DNA of 41,662 nt from Candidatus Zhuqueibacterota bacterium (GTDB taxonomy: Bacteria > Zhuqueibacterota > Zhuqueibacteria > Zhuqueibacterales > Geothermadaptataceae): contig WFTM01000246.1 in the NCBI GenBank assembly GCA_015485525.1, positions 1 to 41,662 on the forward strand, written 5' to 3'. The position numbers and the translations under genes are program-made. How positions within the stretch are numbered: position 1 is the first letter of the stretch; each line of letters begins with the position of its first letter. The notes under the pieces were generated by a model. It did no database searches. It saw nothing but the letters and a program-made list of their open reading frames with translations, and was not told the origin of the DNA. This document shows positions 18,016 to 27,299 of this stretch, piece by piece.

Positions 18016-19173
18016 ATGAACCTGAGATTCAATTTCGAAGAAGGAAACAGCACGACAGCCCGTATGAAGGTCGTCGGTGTCGGTGGCGGCGGTTGTAACG
18101 CCGTCAACCGGATGATCCAGGCCAACCTCGTTGGCGTGGAGTTTATCAGTATCAATACGGATCTGCAGGCACTGGAAGTCGCGAAATCTAAAACCCGCAT
18201 TCAGATCGGCCGCACTCTGACGCGCGGACTCGGCGCCGGTGCTGATCCGGAAGTTGGCCGCAGAGCCATCGAAGAAGACCGTGACGCTGTTGCCGAAGCA
18301 CTGGATGATTCTGATATGGTGTTTATCACCGCCGGCATGGGCGGCGGAACCGGTACAGGAGCCGCACCGGTCGTCGCTGAAATTGCCCGCGATATCGGCG
18401 CACTGACAGTCGGCATCGTCACCAAGCCGTTTATCTTCGAAGGCCAGAAGCGCAGCACACGCGCTGCAGAGGGTATCGCTGATCTGAAAGACAAAGTCGA
18501 TACCCTGATTGTGATCCCGAACCAGCGTCTGCTCGATGTCGTTGCCAAAGATACGCCTCTGGCCCAGGCCTTCCAGACTGCTGACGATGTTCTCCTGCAT
18601 GCCACCAAGGGAATTTCTGATTTGATCACGATCCCGGGCCTGGTCAACCTCGATTTTGCTGATGTCAAAACAGTGATGCGAGAAATGGGCGATGCCCTGA
18701 TGGGCTCTGCGCTGGCTTCCGGAGACAATCGTGCGGTTGAAGCTGCCAGACTGGCAATCGCCAGCCCGTTGCTGGAAGATGTTTCCATCTCCGGTGCTCA
18801 GGGCGTTCTGGTGAACATTACCGGCGGCGAATCGATGTCACTGCACGAAATCAATGACGCTGCCTCCGTCGTCTCGGAAGAAGCCGGTGACAACGCCAAC
18901 ATTATCTTCGGCGCTGTCATCGATCCTCAAATGGACAGCGAGCTGCGTGTGACCGTCATCGCCACGGGATTCAACAGCCACCCGGGTTACAGCAAAAACA
19001 GCTCAGCGCGGCATCTGAACCTGCTCAATCGCAATCCGCACGATCTTGAAATCCCGACCTATCAGCGCAAAACCACGCCGGACAAACCCGCTGATCCGGA
19101 TGCGGAAAAGGCTCTCTATGATCTCGATGATCTGGAAGCACCGACCTACATCCGCAGGCGCATGAAGGTTTGA
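18016..19173 (+). CDS. ftsZ: Cell division GTPase FtsZ
   Basis: 385 aa. [13 protein letters not shown], tubulin signature [18 protein letters not shown], and a C-terminal conserved peptide [19 protein letters not shown] upstream. Confidence 0.97.
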   Translation: MNLRFNFEEGNSTTARMKVVGVGGGGCNAVNRMIQANLVGVEFISINTDLQALEVAKSKTRIQIGRTLTRGLGAGADPEVGRRAIEEDRDAVAEALDDSDMVFITAGMGGGTGTGAAPVVAEIARDIGALTVGIVTKPFIFEGQKRSTRAAEGIADLKDKVDTLIVIPNQRLLDVVAKDTPLAQAFQTADDVLLHATKGISDLITIPGLVNLDFADVKTVMREMGDALMGSALASGDNRAVEAARLAIASPLLEDVSISGAQGVLVNITGGESMSLHEINDAASVVSEEAGDNANIIFGAVIDPQMDSELRVTVIATGFNSHPGYSKNSSARHLNLLNRNPHDLEIPTYQRKTTPDKPADPDAEKALYDLDDLEAPTYIRRRMKV

Positions 19174-19571
19174 TGTGCACGCCGGCTGCAGGGTCTGCTG
19201 TGGCCGGCTGTCGTTCCCGTGGAGCAGTGTATTATCTGAACATCCGGTTTGCTGCTTTTTCCGTTCCGGCCGAAGCGCACCCGGGTCTTGCAATCTCCTC
19301 AGCCCGGGAGCTCTCTCGTGTTCAGCACTCGCTGCTCTGCAAGATTACTAAATTTTTCAGCCACACAGCGCGCTGATGCCTCCCTGGGATGGCTGTGAAC
19401 AGGGTTTCTTTTGGGGTAAGGATCCACCGGCTGAAGGCTGCCCGGCGTTTGCGGGTTGCATCCGCGACTTTCTGCAAACGCCGCAGACTTCTCCGGCAAC
19501 TCCTGCGATTGCTGGCTGGGCCCGGATTGACATTTTCTCCTCATGCTGACCAGTTACACTGGCTGACCAAT

Positions 19572-19604
19572 GGGTGATGCTGTTTCGGCATCACCCATTT
19601 TTTA
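19572..19604 (+). terminator. Strong intrinsic terminator about 400 nt downstream of ftsZ
   Basis: Perfect 9-bp stem GGGTGATGC (19572-19580) / GCATCACCC (19588-19596), 7-nt loop, then ATTTTTTAT. Confidence 0.7.
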
Positions 19605-20273
19605 TGCTACTTTCCTTTAGCGATGAGTCGGTTTTCTCCTCTCCCGTCGCTCTCATCTGTTCCACTGCTGACAGTTTACCATAGTGACACAGCAAGCATG
19701 GGACGGTGCCCTTTGCCTGCCTGCAGTCCTGAAACAGTAAACTGCTTTGCTTGCCGGAACATTCTGGGGCTTTCTCACCGGCAGGTTCTCTCTGCCCGGC
19801 CTGATAACTGTAGAAATTTCTTCACTCCCCGTACTGATCTTCCGCATTGATCAAAACTGTGTGTATCTATAACGGACATTGAAATTGCCGTGGCGGGATC
19901 ATCGTCTCGCTGCTCCTGTTTTATTTTGTGTATCAGGTGTAACACTGTCTCAGAATGAAGCGCTCAATCAGACATGAGTGGTATGTTGGTATCGGATTGT
20001 TTGTAGAATATTCTGTGGTTATAACTCTTGTAATATTAATCGTTTAATGTTTGGTGTGGAAAATTTCTTTCCAGTGTATAATCCAATTGTAGAAACAGGC
20101 ATATTGTTTGCTTGAAGCCATGGATACATCGCAGGCTGCGCAAAAAAGCACCAAGGGACTGGAGCTCTTCAGGGCAAGCTATCTTAACCCTCATTACATC
20201 AGGTGGTATGGCCGGGCATTCAGCATAAAACCGGCTGTGCTGTGGATTTCAACTCTCAGGCAAAGAGGGGTGT

Positions 20274-21266
20274 ATGGTAGAGAAAACAGTTTCACGGTCG
20301 CAGTATCAACAAAAAAATGGTTCCATCATCGAGACAGCACATCACTCACAATTGCGCGAATTAGGATACGACAGGTATCAGAACCTTCTGCTGGCAGGCG
20401 GTAATCAACTGGCTGCTCTCCCCGGACATAGCGAACCGGTTCTCACAGAAAAAGATGTTAAGATGCAAAAAATTCTCGGCAAATACCTCTTGTCGCCGGC
20501 GTTTCTCGTCAGCAGCTTGAGCGTGATGCTTTTCTTCCCCGAGAATCTGGTGCGCAAAATCATGGCGCCTTTTGCGAATTTCAGCTTTTGGGAAAAAATC
20601 GGCAAGCGGGTTTTTGATATTTTCGGCTCGCTGCTCGGTTTTATCTTTTTATCGATCTTTTTCTTCATCATACCGATAATCATAAAACTCGACAGCCGTG
20701 GCCCGGTGATTTATCAGCAGCGCCGGGTTGGCTTGAACCACCGATTCAAGGATCGCCGGATCGTCAGCCTTGAGGTGGATCATGAGCGCAGGCGCGGTGA
20801 ACGCAGGAAGGAAGACCTCTTTGGCCGGCCTTTTATGGTCTATAAGTTCAGGACTATGACGCAGGATGCCGAAAAGAAAAGTGGGGCCATGTGGGCGCAG
20901 GAAAATGACCCCCGCATCACCAATGTCGGCAGAATTCTCCGTTTTACACACATAGATGAAATCCCGCAATTTTTTAATGTTCTTTGTGGCGAGATGTCTC
21001 TGGTCGGTCCGCGTCCGGAGCGTCCCGAAATCATGACCCGATTGGTCAAGGACGTACCGAATTTCCCCAAACGGTTGCAGGTCAAGCCCGGTATCGCCGG
21101 TATCGCCCAGATCGTTTGTGGTTATGATGCGACGATCGATGATGTGAAGCAAAAGTTGCGATATGATATGGCCTATGTGAGAAATCATTCTCTCAAGGCT
21201 GATATTGCCATTCTTTTTCAGACACTTTGGGTAATCATCCGGGGCAAGGAAGTCCTTGACTCATAA
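20274..21266 (+). CDS. Polyprenyl-phosphate sugar-phosphotransferase (bacterial sugar transferase family; priming enzyme of the EPS locus)
   Basis: 330 aa. TM helix, then [12 protein letters not shown]...[14 protein letters not shown]...[12 protein letters not shown]...DPRIT..G..LR...[19 protein letters not shown]. The start is uncertain (ATG 20274 versus an internal Met). Confidence 0.88.
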   Translation: MVEKTVSRSQYQQKNGSIIETAHHSQLRELGYDRYQNLLLAGGNQLAALPGHSEPVLTEKDVKMQKILGKYLLSPAFLVSSLSVMLFFPENLVRKIMAPFANFSFWEKIGKRVFDIFGSLLGFIFLSIFFFIIPIIIKLDSRGPVIYQQRRVGLNHRFKDRRIVSLEVDHERRRGERRKEDLFGRPFMVYKFRTMTQDAEKKSGAMWAQENDPRITNVGRILRFTHIDEIPQFFNVLCGEMSLVGPRPERPEIMTRLVKDVPNFPKRLQVKPGIAGIAQIVCGYDATIDDVKQKLRYDMAYVRNHSLKADIAILFQTLWVIIRGKEVLDS

Positions 21267-21297
21267 TCTTACCACCAGGTACGGAGGTTTTTCAAGA

Positions 21298-22035
21298 ATG
21301 AATACGATACGTACGAGCGTACTGCTTGCAGGTCTGCTGCTTGGAATAGCTGGCGTCGGCGTGCAGGCACAGGATGACGATGCGCTTACCAGGATCATCA
21401 CCAAACCGAACGGGGCTATGGTCTATCTGGATGGCGAATATCGCCTGGCCGGCCGGGCGCCTTATTCGCTGGTTCACGCCCTGAGCGGTACATATAAAAT
21501 CAAAGCAACGATGCCTGGGTATGAAAACTATGAGACCACATATAATTTCAATCAGGGACGGCCGCGAAAGCTGGCGATCAAGCTGACCAAAAAGACCCGC
21601 TTTCGCGCCATGATGCGTTCGATGTTTTTCCCGGGCTGGGGACAGCACTATTCCGACCTGCGTAAAAAAGGGTTTTTTATCGGAGTGTTGCAGCTCGCTA
21701 CCGTAGCTCAGATCGTCAAGGCGGACTCTGAATACCAGAAAGCTGTGACTGCCTATAACACAGCGGTTCAGAACTTTCAGGCCAACGGCAACAGTGCGGC
21801 AACACGCGATGAACTCCTGCGTGAGGTCAGTGTGGCACAGGCCCTTGTCGATGAGAACTTCGAGACGCGCCGCAAGACGATTCTGATCGCGGCAAGCGTC
21901 TATGTCTATAATCTGCTGGATGCCTTGATTTTCTTCCCATCCTACCACAAGACAGGCCTTGGAGTTGCTGTCGGCATGACCGGGGACAGCGCCAATCAAA
22001 CAGTTATGACCCTTGGCCTCAGGATGAAGTTCTGA
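21298..22035 (+). CDS. Secreted PEGA-domain protein with a C-terminal PGWGQ-motif membrane region
   Basis: Signal peptide MNTIRTSVLLAGLLLGIAGVGVQAQ. PEGA-like segment KPNGAMVYLDGEYRLAGRAPYS...GTYKIKATMPGYENYE. Then FFPGWGQHY plus hydrophobic segments. GGAGG SD lies before ATG 21298. Confidence 0.6.
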   Translation: MNTIRTSVLLAGLLLGIAGVGVQAQDDDALTRIITKPNGAMVYLDGEYRLAGRAPYSLVHALSGTYKIKATMPGYENYETTYNFNQGRPRKLAIKLTKKTRFRAMMRSMFFPGWGQHYSDLRKKGFFIGVLQLATVAQIVKADSEYQKAVTAYNTAVQNFQANGNSAATRDELLREVSVAQALVDENFETRRKTILIAASVYVYNLLDALIFFPSYHKTGLGVAVGMTGDSANQTVMTLGLRMKF

Positions 22036-22253
22036 TTTTTCGGTTGAATCAAGACGATTGACCGCAGGGCTTGAAATCCGATAACGCCTTCAGGTTTAAT
22101 CAGGAAAGGAATTGTCAGGGATGACCAATCACGACTGGTTTGAAACCGCACCGCATAATTCTTCCACAGTAGTCAACAGTAATGTTCAGGATGGTCATTG
22201 CCTCACGCTATGGCACCGGATGCGTGAGTCAATTTATTATGGAGTTTAAGGAA

Positions 22254-24128
22254 ATGGACAGATTCTATTCATGGATTGAATATAAACCCGTACTTTTGGC
22301 CGGGTTGATGTTGTTGCTTGCTCTTGCCAGCTGTGATAAAAAGCCGACCGGGATCAATGTCACCGATTCAACGTTTCCCCCCAAGCCCACCAGTCTGACC
22401 ATCAAAGTCGGAGATGGCCAGATCACCCTGCAGTGGCAGGTGGAAAAGCCGGAAGTGATCCGCAAGTTCAATGTCTATCGCGGTGACAGCCTCAACGCCA
22501 CCTATCTGTTTCTCGATTCGACACTGACGACGCAATATACCGACAGGGAAGTGCAGAACGGGCGGGAGTATTTTTATCGCGTCACCTCTGTCAATACCAG
22601 CGGGCTGGAGAGCTTGTCCTCGGATCCGATCTCAGCAAAAGCCAATGTTTATGCGATCAATATCGAAAATGGTGCAGAGTACACAGCTTCGCGGCAGGTG
22701 ACCATAGATGTGACCGCTCCGACTGGAACGACGTTTATTACCCTGAGCAACGATTCCAGCTTCAGCGGTGCTACGCCACAGCCGTTTCAGTCGCCGATAT
22801 CCTGGACACTCTCCCTCGGTGATGGCCCCAAAACAGTCTATGCCAGGTTTCGCGATCCTGATGGCAATGAAACTGCGGCTTTTGTGCAGGACCAGATCAC
22901 CCTCGACACTCAGGCAGTTATCCGCAGTGTGACGGAGAATACCAACGGCCAGTCCAAACGCGCTGGTGATGTTATCCATTTTACCCTCAATGCCGGCGAA
23001 AGCGGTGGCACAGCCATGGTGAGCATTGTGGACGGGCCGCAGGAGATCATGTTGTACGATAACGGCAGCAATGGCGACACGACACCGGATGACGGCCTGT
23101 ATGAGGTCGATTATACAGTGCCGGATGATGCTGATGTTTCCCAGGCTAAAGTCAGGGGCAGCTTTACAGATCGGGTCGGCAATGTAGCCGCGGTTTATAC
23201 CGCATCGACACGTGTCACCATTCTGAAAGAACCCGCTGCAGTAACAGCTTTTATCCCGACGACAGAAGGCGACGGCAAAACCAGTCTGCGCCTGACATGG
23301 AGCGCATCACAGGATGCACATGATTTTTCCAATTACTCGATCTATCGCCGCACCGAGCCGAACGTAACCGACGAGAACGGCAAGCTGGTGACGACGATCA
23401 CTTCGGTTTCGGTTACGAGCTATGTCGATGGCGGTCTGGCAGCAGGGACGACATATTACTACCGGATTTACGTGTTCGACAAAACCGGGCTGAAAGCCGC
23501 CAGCAACGAAGTGGTCGGTCAAACCGTTCCCGAGGAGGCTCCGACCGCAGTTGTCGCCTATACACCGCTTCGGCTCGACGATGGCACCGTGCAGGTGACC
23601 TGGACGCAGAACTCCGACACGGATTTTGCCAGCTACAGAATTTTCAGATCGACGAGCCCAAACATCACCACAGCTTCGACTCTGCGCAGCGTGATTCTGG
23701 AGCAGACCACGACTTCCTATATCGATACAGGCACACAGCCGGGCACGACATATTACTACAAAGTATATGTTTTTGATGCTGCAGGCAACCAGACCGGCAG
23801 CAACGAGGTGAGCATCACCCTGCCTGAGGACGCGCCTCCTGCCGCGGTCGTGCTGTCGCAACCCACACCTGTCGATTCTACCGGCATGCGCCTGACCTGG
23901 TCACAAAGTCTTGAATCGGATTTTTCTTACTATAGCGTGTACCGTTCACAGACCAGCCCGGTGGATACCACCGCAGCGCCGATTGTGATCCTCAATGCAG
24001 ACCCGACACGCACCGAATATACTGATACTGGCCTGACGCCGCGCACGACCTATTTCTACCGCGTTTTCGTTGTCGATAAAAGTGGGCAAAAAGCAGGCAG
24101 TAACGAAGTCCGTGGTGAAACCCGATGA
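22254..24128 (+). CDS. Lipoprotein with multiple fibronectin type III-like modules
   Basis: Lipobox LLLALASC after an N-terminal hydrophobic segment. One N-terminal and three C-terminal modules share W.(Q/S)....DF..Y.(I/V)(Y/F)R....Y.D.G....T.Y.Y(R/K)V.V.D..G....SNEV. Start chosen at ATG 22254 (AAGGAA upstream); the ORF track start is 22182. Confidence 0.7.
   Translation: MDRFYSWIEYKPVLLAGLMLLLALASCDKKPTGINVTDSTFPPKPTSLTIKVGDGQITLQWQVEKPEVIRKFNVYRGDSLNATYLFLDSTLTTQYTDREVQNGREYFYRVTSVNTSGLESLSSDPISAKANVYAINIENGAEYTASRQVTIDVTAPTGTTFITLSNDSSFSGATPQPFQSPISWTLSLGDGPKTVYARFRDPDGNETAAFVQDQITLDTQAVIRSVTENTNGQSKRAGDVIHFTLNAGESGGTAMVSIVDGPQEIMLYDNGSNGDTTPDDGLYEVDYTVPDDADVSQAKVRGSFTDRVGNVAAVYTASTRVTILKEPAAVTAFIPTTEGDGKTSLRLTWSASQDAHDFSNYSIYRRTEPNVTDENGKLVTTITSVSVTSYVDGGLAAGTTYYYRIYVFDKTGLKAASNEVVGQTVPEEAPTAVVAYTPLRLDDGTVQVTWTQNSDTDFASYRIFRSTSPNITTASTLRSVILEQTTTSYIDTGTQPGTTYYYKVYVFDAAGNQTGSNEVSITLPEDAPPAAVVLSQPTPVDSTGMRLTWSQSLESDFSYYSVYRSQTSPVDTTAAPIVILNADPTRTEYTDTGLTPRTTYFYRVFVVDKSGQKAGSNEVRGETR
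23230..24125 (+). repeat. Three tandem FN3-like coding modules of ~98 aa (period about 294-298 nt; protein-level repeat)
   Basis: Module starts near 23230, 23528 and 23822. Each ends in ...TTYYY(R/K)(I/V)YVFD..G....SNEV. Confidence 0.65.
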
Positions 24129-25264
24129 AGGCAAAAGCTAAGACGGCTGAGGTCAATTACCTGGAAACCAAGAGTAGGGACGCGATAATGAATCTGATGA
24201 AACGTTGTGCCAGGCTTTTTCTGATATCCGGCCTGCTTCTCAGTGTGCACATCCGCACTGCGGCTGCACAGGAATATGTTCTGGAACCCGGAGACAAAAT
24301 CGGCATCACATTTTGGCAGCAGCCGGATCTGAACATGGAAACGCGCATCGATGCCAGCGGCAAAATCGATGTTCCTGTGGCCGGACGCCTTACGGCAGCA
24401 GGCTTGACGATTTCGCAATTAAGCGCGAAAATTGTCGAACGAATCGGTTTATATAACCGCAATATTACACAAGCGCTGGTACAGGTATTAGAGTATGGCA
24501 GCAAAAGAATTTATATAACCGGAGCCGTTGCTCTGCCCGGCATCCACACATTTGAGGTGATGCCGAACGTCTGGGAAGCGATTTTGCAGGCAGGCGGCCC
24601 GCTGGAAACAGCAAAACTCGACAAGGTTACCATTGTTCGGGGCGGGGAAGTCAACGGTCAGGTCATTCCGGTCGATCTCAAGGCGTTTTTTGACCAGAGT
24701 GACCTGACTAAGCTACCGGAATTGCGACCCGGGGATAACATCCACGTGCCCGGTGGAACCGCTGGCGCCGCAGCCGGTGGCGCGGGAGGAGCTGCAGGCG
24801 GTGGTGGTGCTGCAGTGGCTTCGAGTGGCGGTTTGTTTCAGCGCAATCAGGTCATCTATATTTATGGCCAGGTTGTGGTTCCGGGACGGTATGAGATTGA
24901 GAAGGATATGGATATCCTGCAGGCATTGATCCTTGCCGGAGGTCCGCTTTTCATGCTGAGGGCGAGTGGAGCAGGTCCGACGATAGAACCGGACATGAAA
25001 CGTGTCAAGGTCATCACCCACGGGCCGGAAGGGCCTCTGGTTTATGAGGTCGATCTCGAAAACTACTCCAACGAGGCAGTCCCATACCCGCTGAAAATAC
25101 GTCCCGGAGATACGATCTACGTTCCGCGTAAGGAGAGCTATACCAAGTTTATCATTTCGACTTCACTTGGTGCTGCGATTACCGGTACGGTTTCGATTTT
25201 GGTCTCTTTCTTTTTACTGGATAAGCTTTTGTATCCTGATGAAGCAGCTCGTACCAGACGGTAA
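24125..25264 (+). CDS. Polysaccharide export protein (Wza/Poly_export + SLBB type) with a Gly/Ala-rich linker and a C-terminal TM helix
   Basis: YVLEPGDKIGITFW...GKIDVPVAGRLTAAGLT (Poly_export-like). Two SLBB-like segments (PGDNIHVPG; RPGDTIYVP). C-terminal helix FIISTSLGAAITGTVSILVSFFLL. The ATG overlaps the upstream stop (ATGA). An internal Met at 24188 is an alternative start. Confidence 0.8.
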   Translation: MKAKAKTAEVNYLETKSRDAIMNLMKRCARLFLISGLLLSVHIRTAAAQEYVLEPGDKIGITFWQQPDLNMETRIDASGKIDVPVAGRLTAAGLTISQLSAKIVERIGLYNRNITQALVQVLEYGSKRIYITGAVALPGIHTFEVMPNVWEAILQAGGPLETAKLDKVTIVRGGEVNGQVIPVDLKAFFDQSDLTKLPELRPGDNIHVPGGTAGAAAGGAGGAAGGGGAAVASSGGLFQRNQVIYIYGQVVVPGRYEIEKDMDILQALILAGGPLFMLRASGAGPTIEPDMKRVKVITHGPEGPLVYEVDLENYSNEAVPYPLKIRPGDTIYVPRKESYTKFIISTSLGAAITGTVSILVSFFLLDKLLYPDEAARTRR

Positions 25265-25340
25265 ATTCAAGAGTTCATGATCGGCCTTGTAGCGAGGAAC
25301 AGATCACAGATGGTAGTGCAAGAAACAATGGGTAGCTATA

Positions 25341-26906
25341 ATGGAAGGCTTTGATTTCAGGGCAATTTTACAGATTCTCTCACGCAGAAAATGGGTGATC
25401 ATCATCCCGTTGCTTGTTTCCAGCGCAATTGGAGCCTATCTGCTGAAAACGGCTGTGCCGATCTATCACAGCAAGGCGACGATCATGCTCGGCAAGGTTT
25501 TTACGCTCACAGACGGCATGACGCGTATGTTGCCCGGAGTTACGGCTCAGAACCGGGTGCGTTTGCGTGATAATCGGGAGACGATTCTAAAAGAACTGAA
25601 CAACAGGAAAATCCTCGAAAAAGTGCTCAAACGCGTCGGCAAAAAGCCCTCGCCCAAGGTCATCGAAAAGGCCAAGGAGCTGGTTAAGAATAATCCCGAT
25701 TTGCCGCTTGATCAGGCGATTCTGTCGCTGCAGATTGCGAGTCTGACCAAGAGCCTGACTCTGGATTTTCCGCGTCGTGGTGAGTATTTCGAAATCGGCG
25801 CCAAGTCCAAAAGCGCCAAGGAAGCCTATCTGATCACCAGTGCCCTTGCTGATCTGTTTATCGAACAGAATCTGCTTCAGGAAATCAGCCGGCTGCAAGG
25901 TACTGCCTCTTTTGCCTCTGAGCAGATGGAGTTTTATGCCCGAAAGCTGCAGGAAGCAGAAGCCAAGTTGCGGGATTTCAAACGATCAGCAGCGCAGGTC
26001 ACGACCCAGGATCAGCCTGTAAATACGGAGAATCTTACCCACGTACAGAAACTGATCAAAACTCTGGAGCTGGAAAAATCAGAGAAAATCGATGACCTGA
26101 GTTTTATCGATTCTCAGCTCAAAGGGCTTGTCTCTGAAATCAGGCTGAAAAAAACGCGCAAAGCAACGCGACTGCGCGCGCAGTTGATCGAGAAGATGTC
26201 CAAGTATGCTGAGCTGATGATCACGCATACCTGGAATTCGGGCGAGGTTATCCGTCTGAACGATGAGATCGTCGCTTTGAAAGAACAGCTTGCGAATGAG
26301 ATTAAAGTCAACGGTGCGCGGGATCTGGTTGCTACTTTTACGCCCAGAGAAATCGAACTGGCTACCCAACGCGAGATCATTCAGACCGAGATCGATCTGA
26401 TCAACCAGCAGATCAAGACGTTGTCGAACCTGGTCCGTTTGTTCAAAGACCGGCAGACGGAAATACCCATGCAGGATATTCAACTGGCCAAGCTGCAGGC
26501 CGATGTGGAAAAATATCGCGAGCTGCACCGGACTTTTCAGGATCAGGTCAACAGCGCCAAGGTGCGTGAAGCCATGCAGCGCACGGAAATCAAAATTCGC
26601 TACCAGATCATCGATCCAGCACAGATTCCGGTTGCTCCTTTGAGCTCCGACTCGATGAAAACGATTATCGTTGTGATTTTTGGCGGTCTCGGCTTTGGTG
26701 CTGCGCTGACATGGGCGCTGGAGTTCATGGATAACTCCTACAAATCGATCGATGATGTTGAAGAGTCCCTCGGCCTGGCAGTACTCGGTATTGTTCCAAA
26801 GCTGAGTATGGCTGAACCGCAGAAGAAGAAAAGGAAATGGGCATTCCCGGTCGTGGCCTTTTCAGTCGTCGTGGTCATTGCCGTGGTTATTGTGATCATG
26901 AAATAA
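25341..26906 (+). CDS. Polysaccharide co-polymerase / chain-length determinant (Wzz/GumC-like, no kinase domain)
   Basis: 521 aa. N-terminal TM after DFRAILQILSRRKWVII, a long coiled-coil periplasmic region, a second TM near the C-terminus (IIVVIFGGLGFGAALTWALEF), plus a terminal hydrophobic tail. Confidence 0.8.
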   Translation: MEGFDFRAILQILSRRKWVIIIPLLVSSAIGAYLLKTAVPIYHSKATIMLGKVFTLTDGMTRMLPGVTAQNRVRLRDNRETILKELNNRKILEKVLKRVGKKPSPKVIEKAKELVKNNPDLPLDQAILSLQIASLTKSLTLDFPRRGEYFEIGAKSKSAKEAYLITSALADLFIEQNLLQEISRLQGTASFASEQMEFYARKLQEAEAKLRDFKRSAAQVTTQDQPVNTENLTHVQKLIKTLELEKSEKIDDLSFIDSQLKGLVSEIRLKKTRKATRLRAQLIEKMSKYAELMITHTWNSGEVIRLNDEIVALKEQLANEIKVNGARDLVATFTPREIELATQREIIQTEIDLINQQIKTLSNLVRLFKDRQTEIPMQDIQLAKLQADVEKYRELHRTFQDQVNSAKVREAMQRTEIKIRYQIIDPAQIPVAPLSSDSMKTIIVVIFGGLGFGAALTWALEFMDNSYKSIDDVEESLGLAVLGIVPKLSMAEPQKKKRKWAFPVVAFSVVVVIAVVIVIMK

Positions 26907-27299
26907 CCCTGCTCCTGTTGCAGAAGACGGAGGAAGACGGGAAAAGGGTGCTGGTATCTTCAGGGGGGAGCGCCTGTGAAGGCAGGGGATGTGGATAAAA
27001 GGATTTTGTTCAGCTTAATTCATCAAGTATGCACTAAGGACAAGGATATCAGGATAACTGGAAAATCATAATCCAAAAAAACAATCTTAACTTATATTTA
27101 TCAATGGTTTGATCGAAATAGTTTCGTCGAGCAAACTTGTTTATGTATCCCGGTTTTCTTTGGCCGGGCGCTGATTTGTGGACAAATCAGACTTAGAGAG
27201 CGCGTTCTGTCAACTTTCTGTTCCATGTCGCCACTCAGAGAGATGACAGCATTTTTCAGATTTTTTTACTGACTCACATTCAAGCGGTGGGGAATAGAT

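Noticed and set aside
19389-19577. 62-aa Arg-rich ORF whose stop codon sits at the foot of the strong terminator
   Set aside because: It has no SD. Its composition (R/L/A-rich, MAVNRVSFGVRIHRLKAARRLRV...) is typical of an off-frame reading of GC-rich DNA. The region looks more like structured RNA. It is kept only as part of the 3'-UTR/ncRNA finding.
20255-20273. GGCAAAGAGGGG upstream of the priming transferase as a possible c-di-GMP (GEMM-I) riboswitch fragment
   Set aside because: Only the GGCAAA-like half is present. The conserved ACGCAAAGC tetraloop-receptor half and the P1/P2 helices are absent. The sequence more plausibly serves as the SD (GAGGGG) for ATG 20274.
24751-24832. GC-rich reiterated GGN/GCN stretch that looks like a DNA microsatellite
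   Set aside because: It is in frame within the Wza-like ORF and encodes a Gly/Ala linker (GGTAGAAAGGAGGAAGGGGAAVASSGG) between SLBB-like domains. It is imperfect at the DNA level, so it is a low-complexity coding linker rather than a tandem repeat locus.
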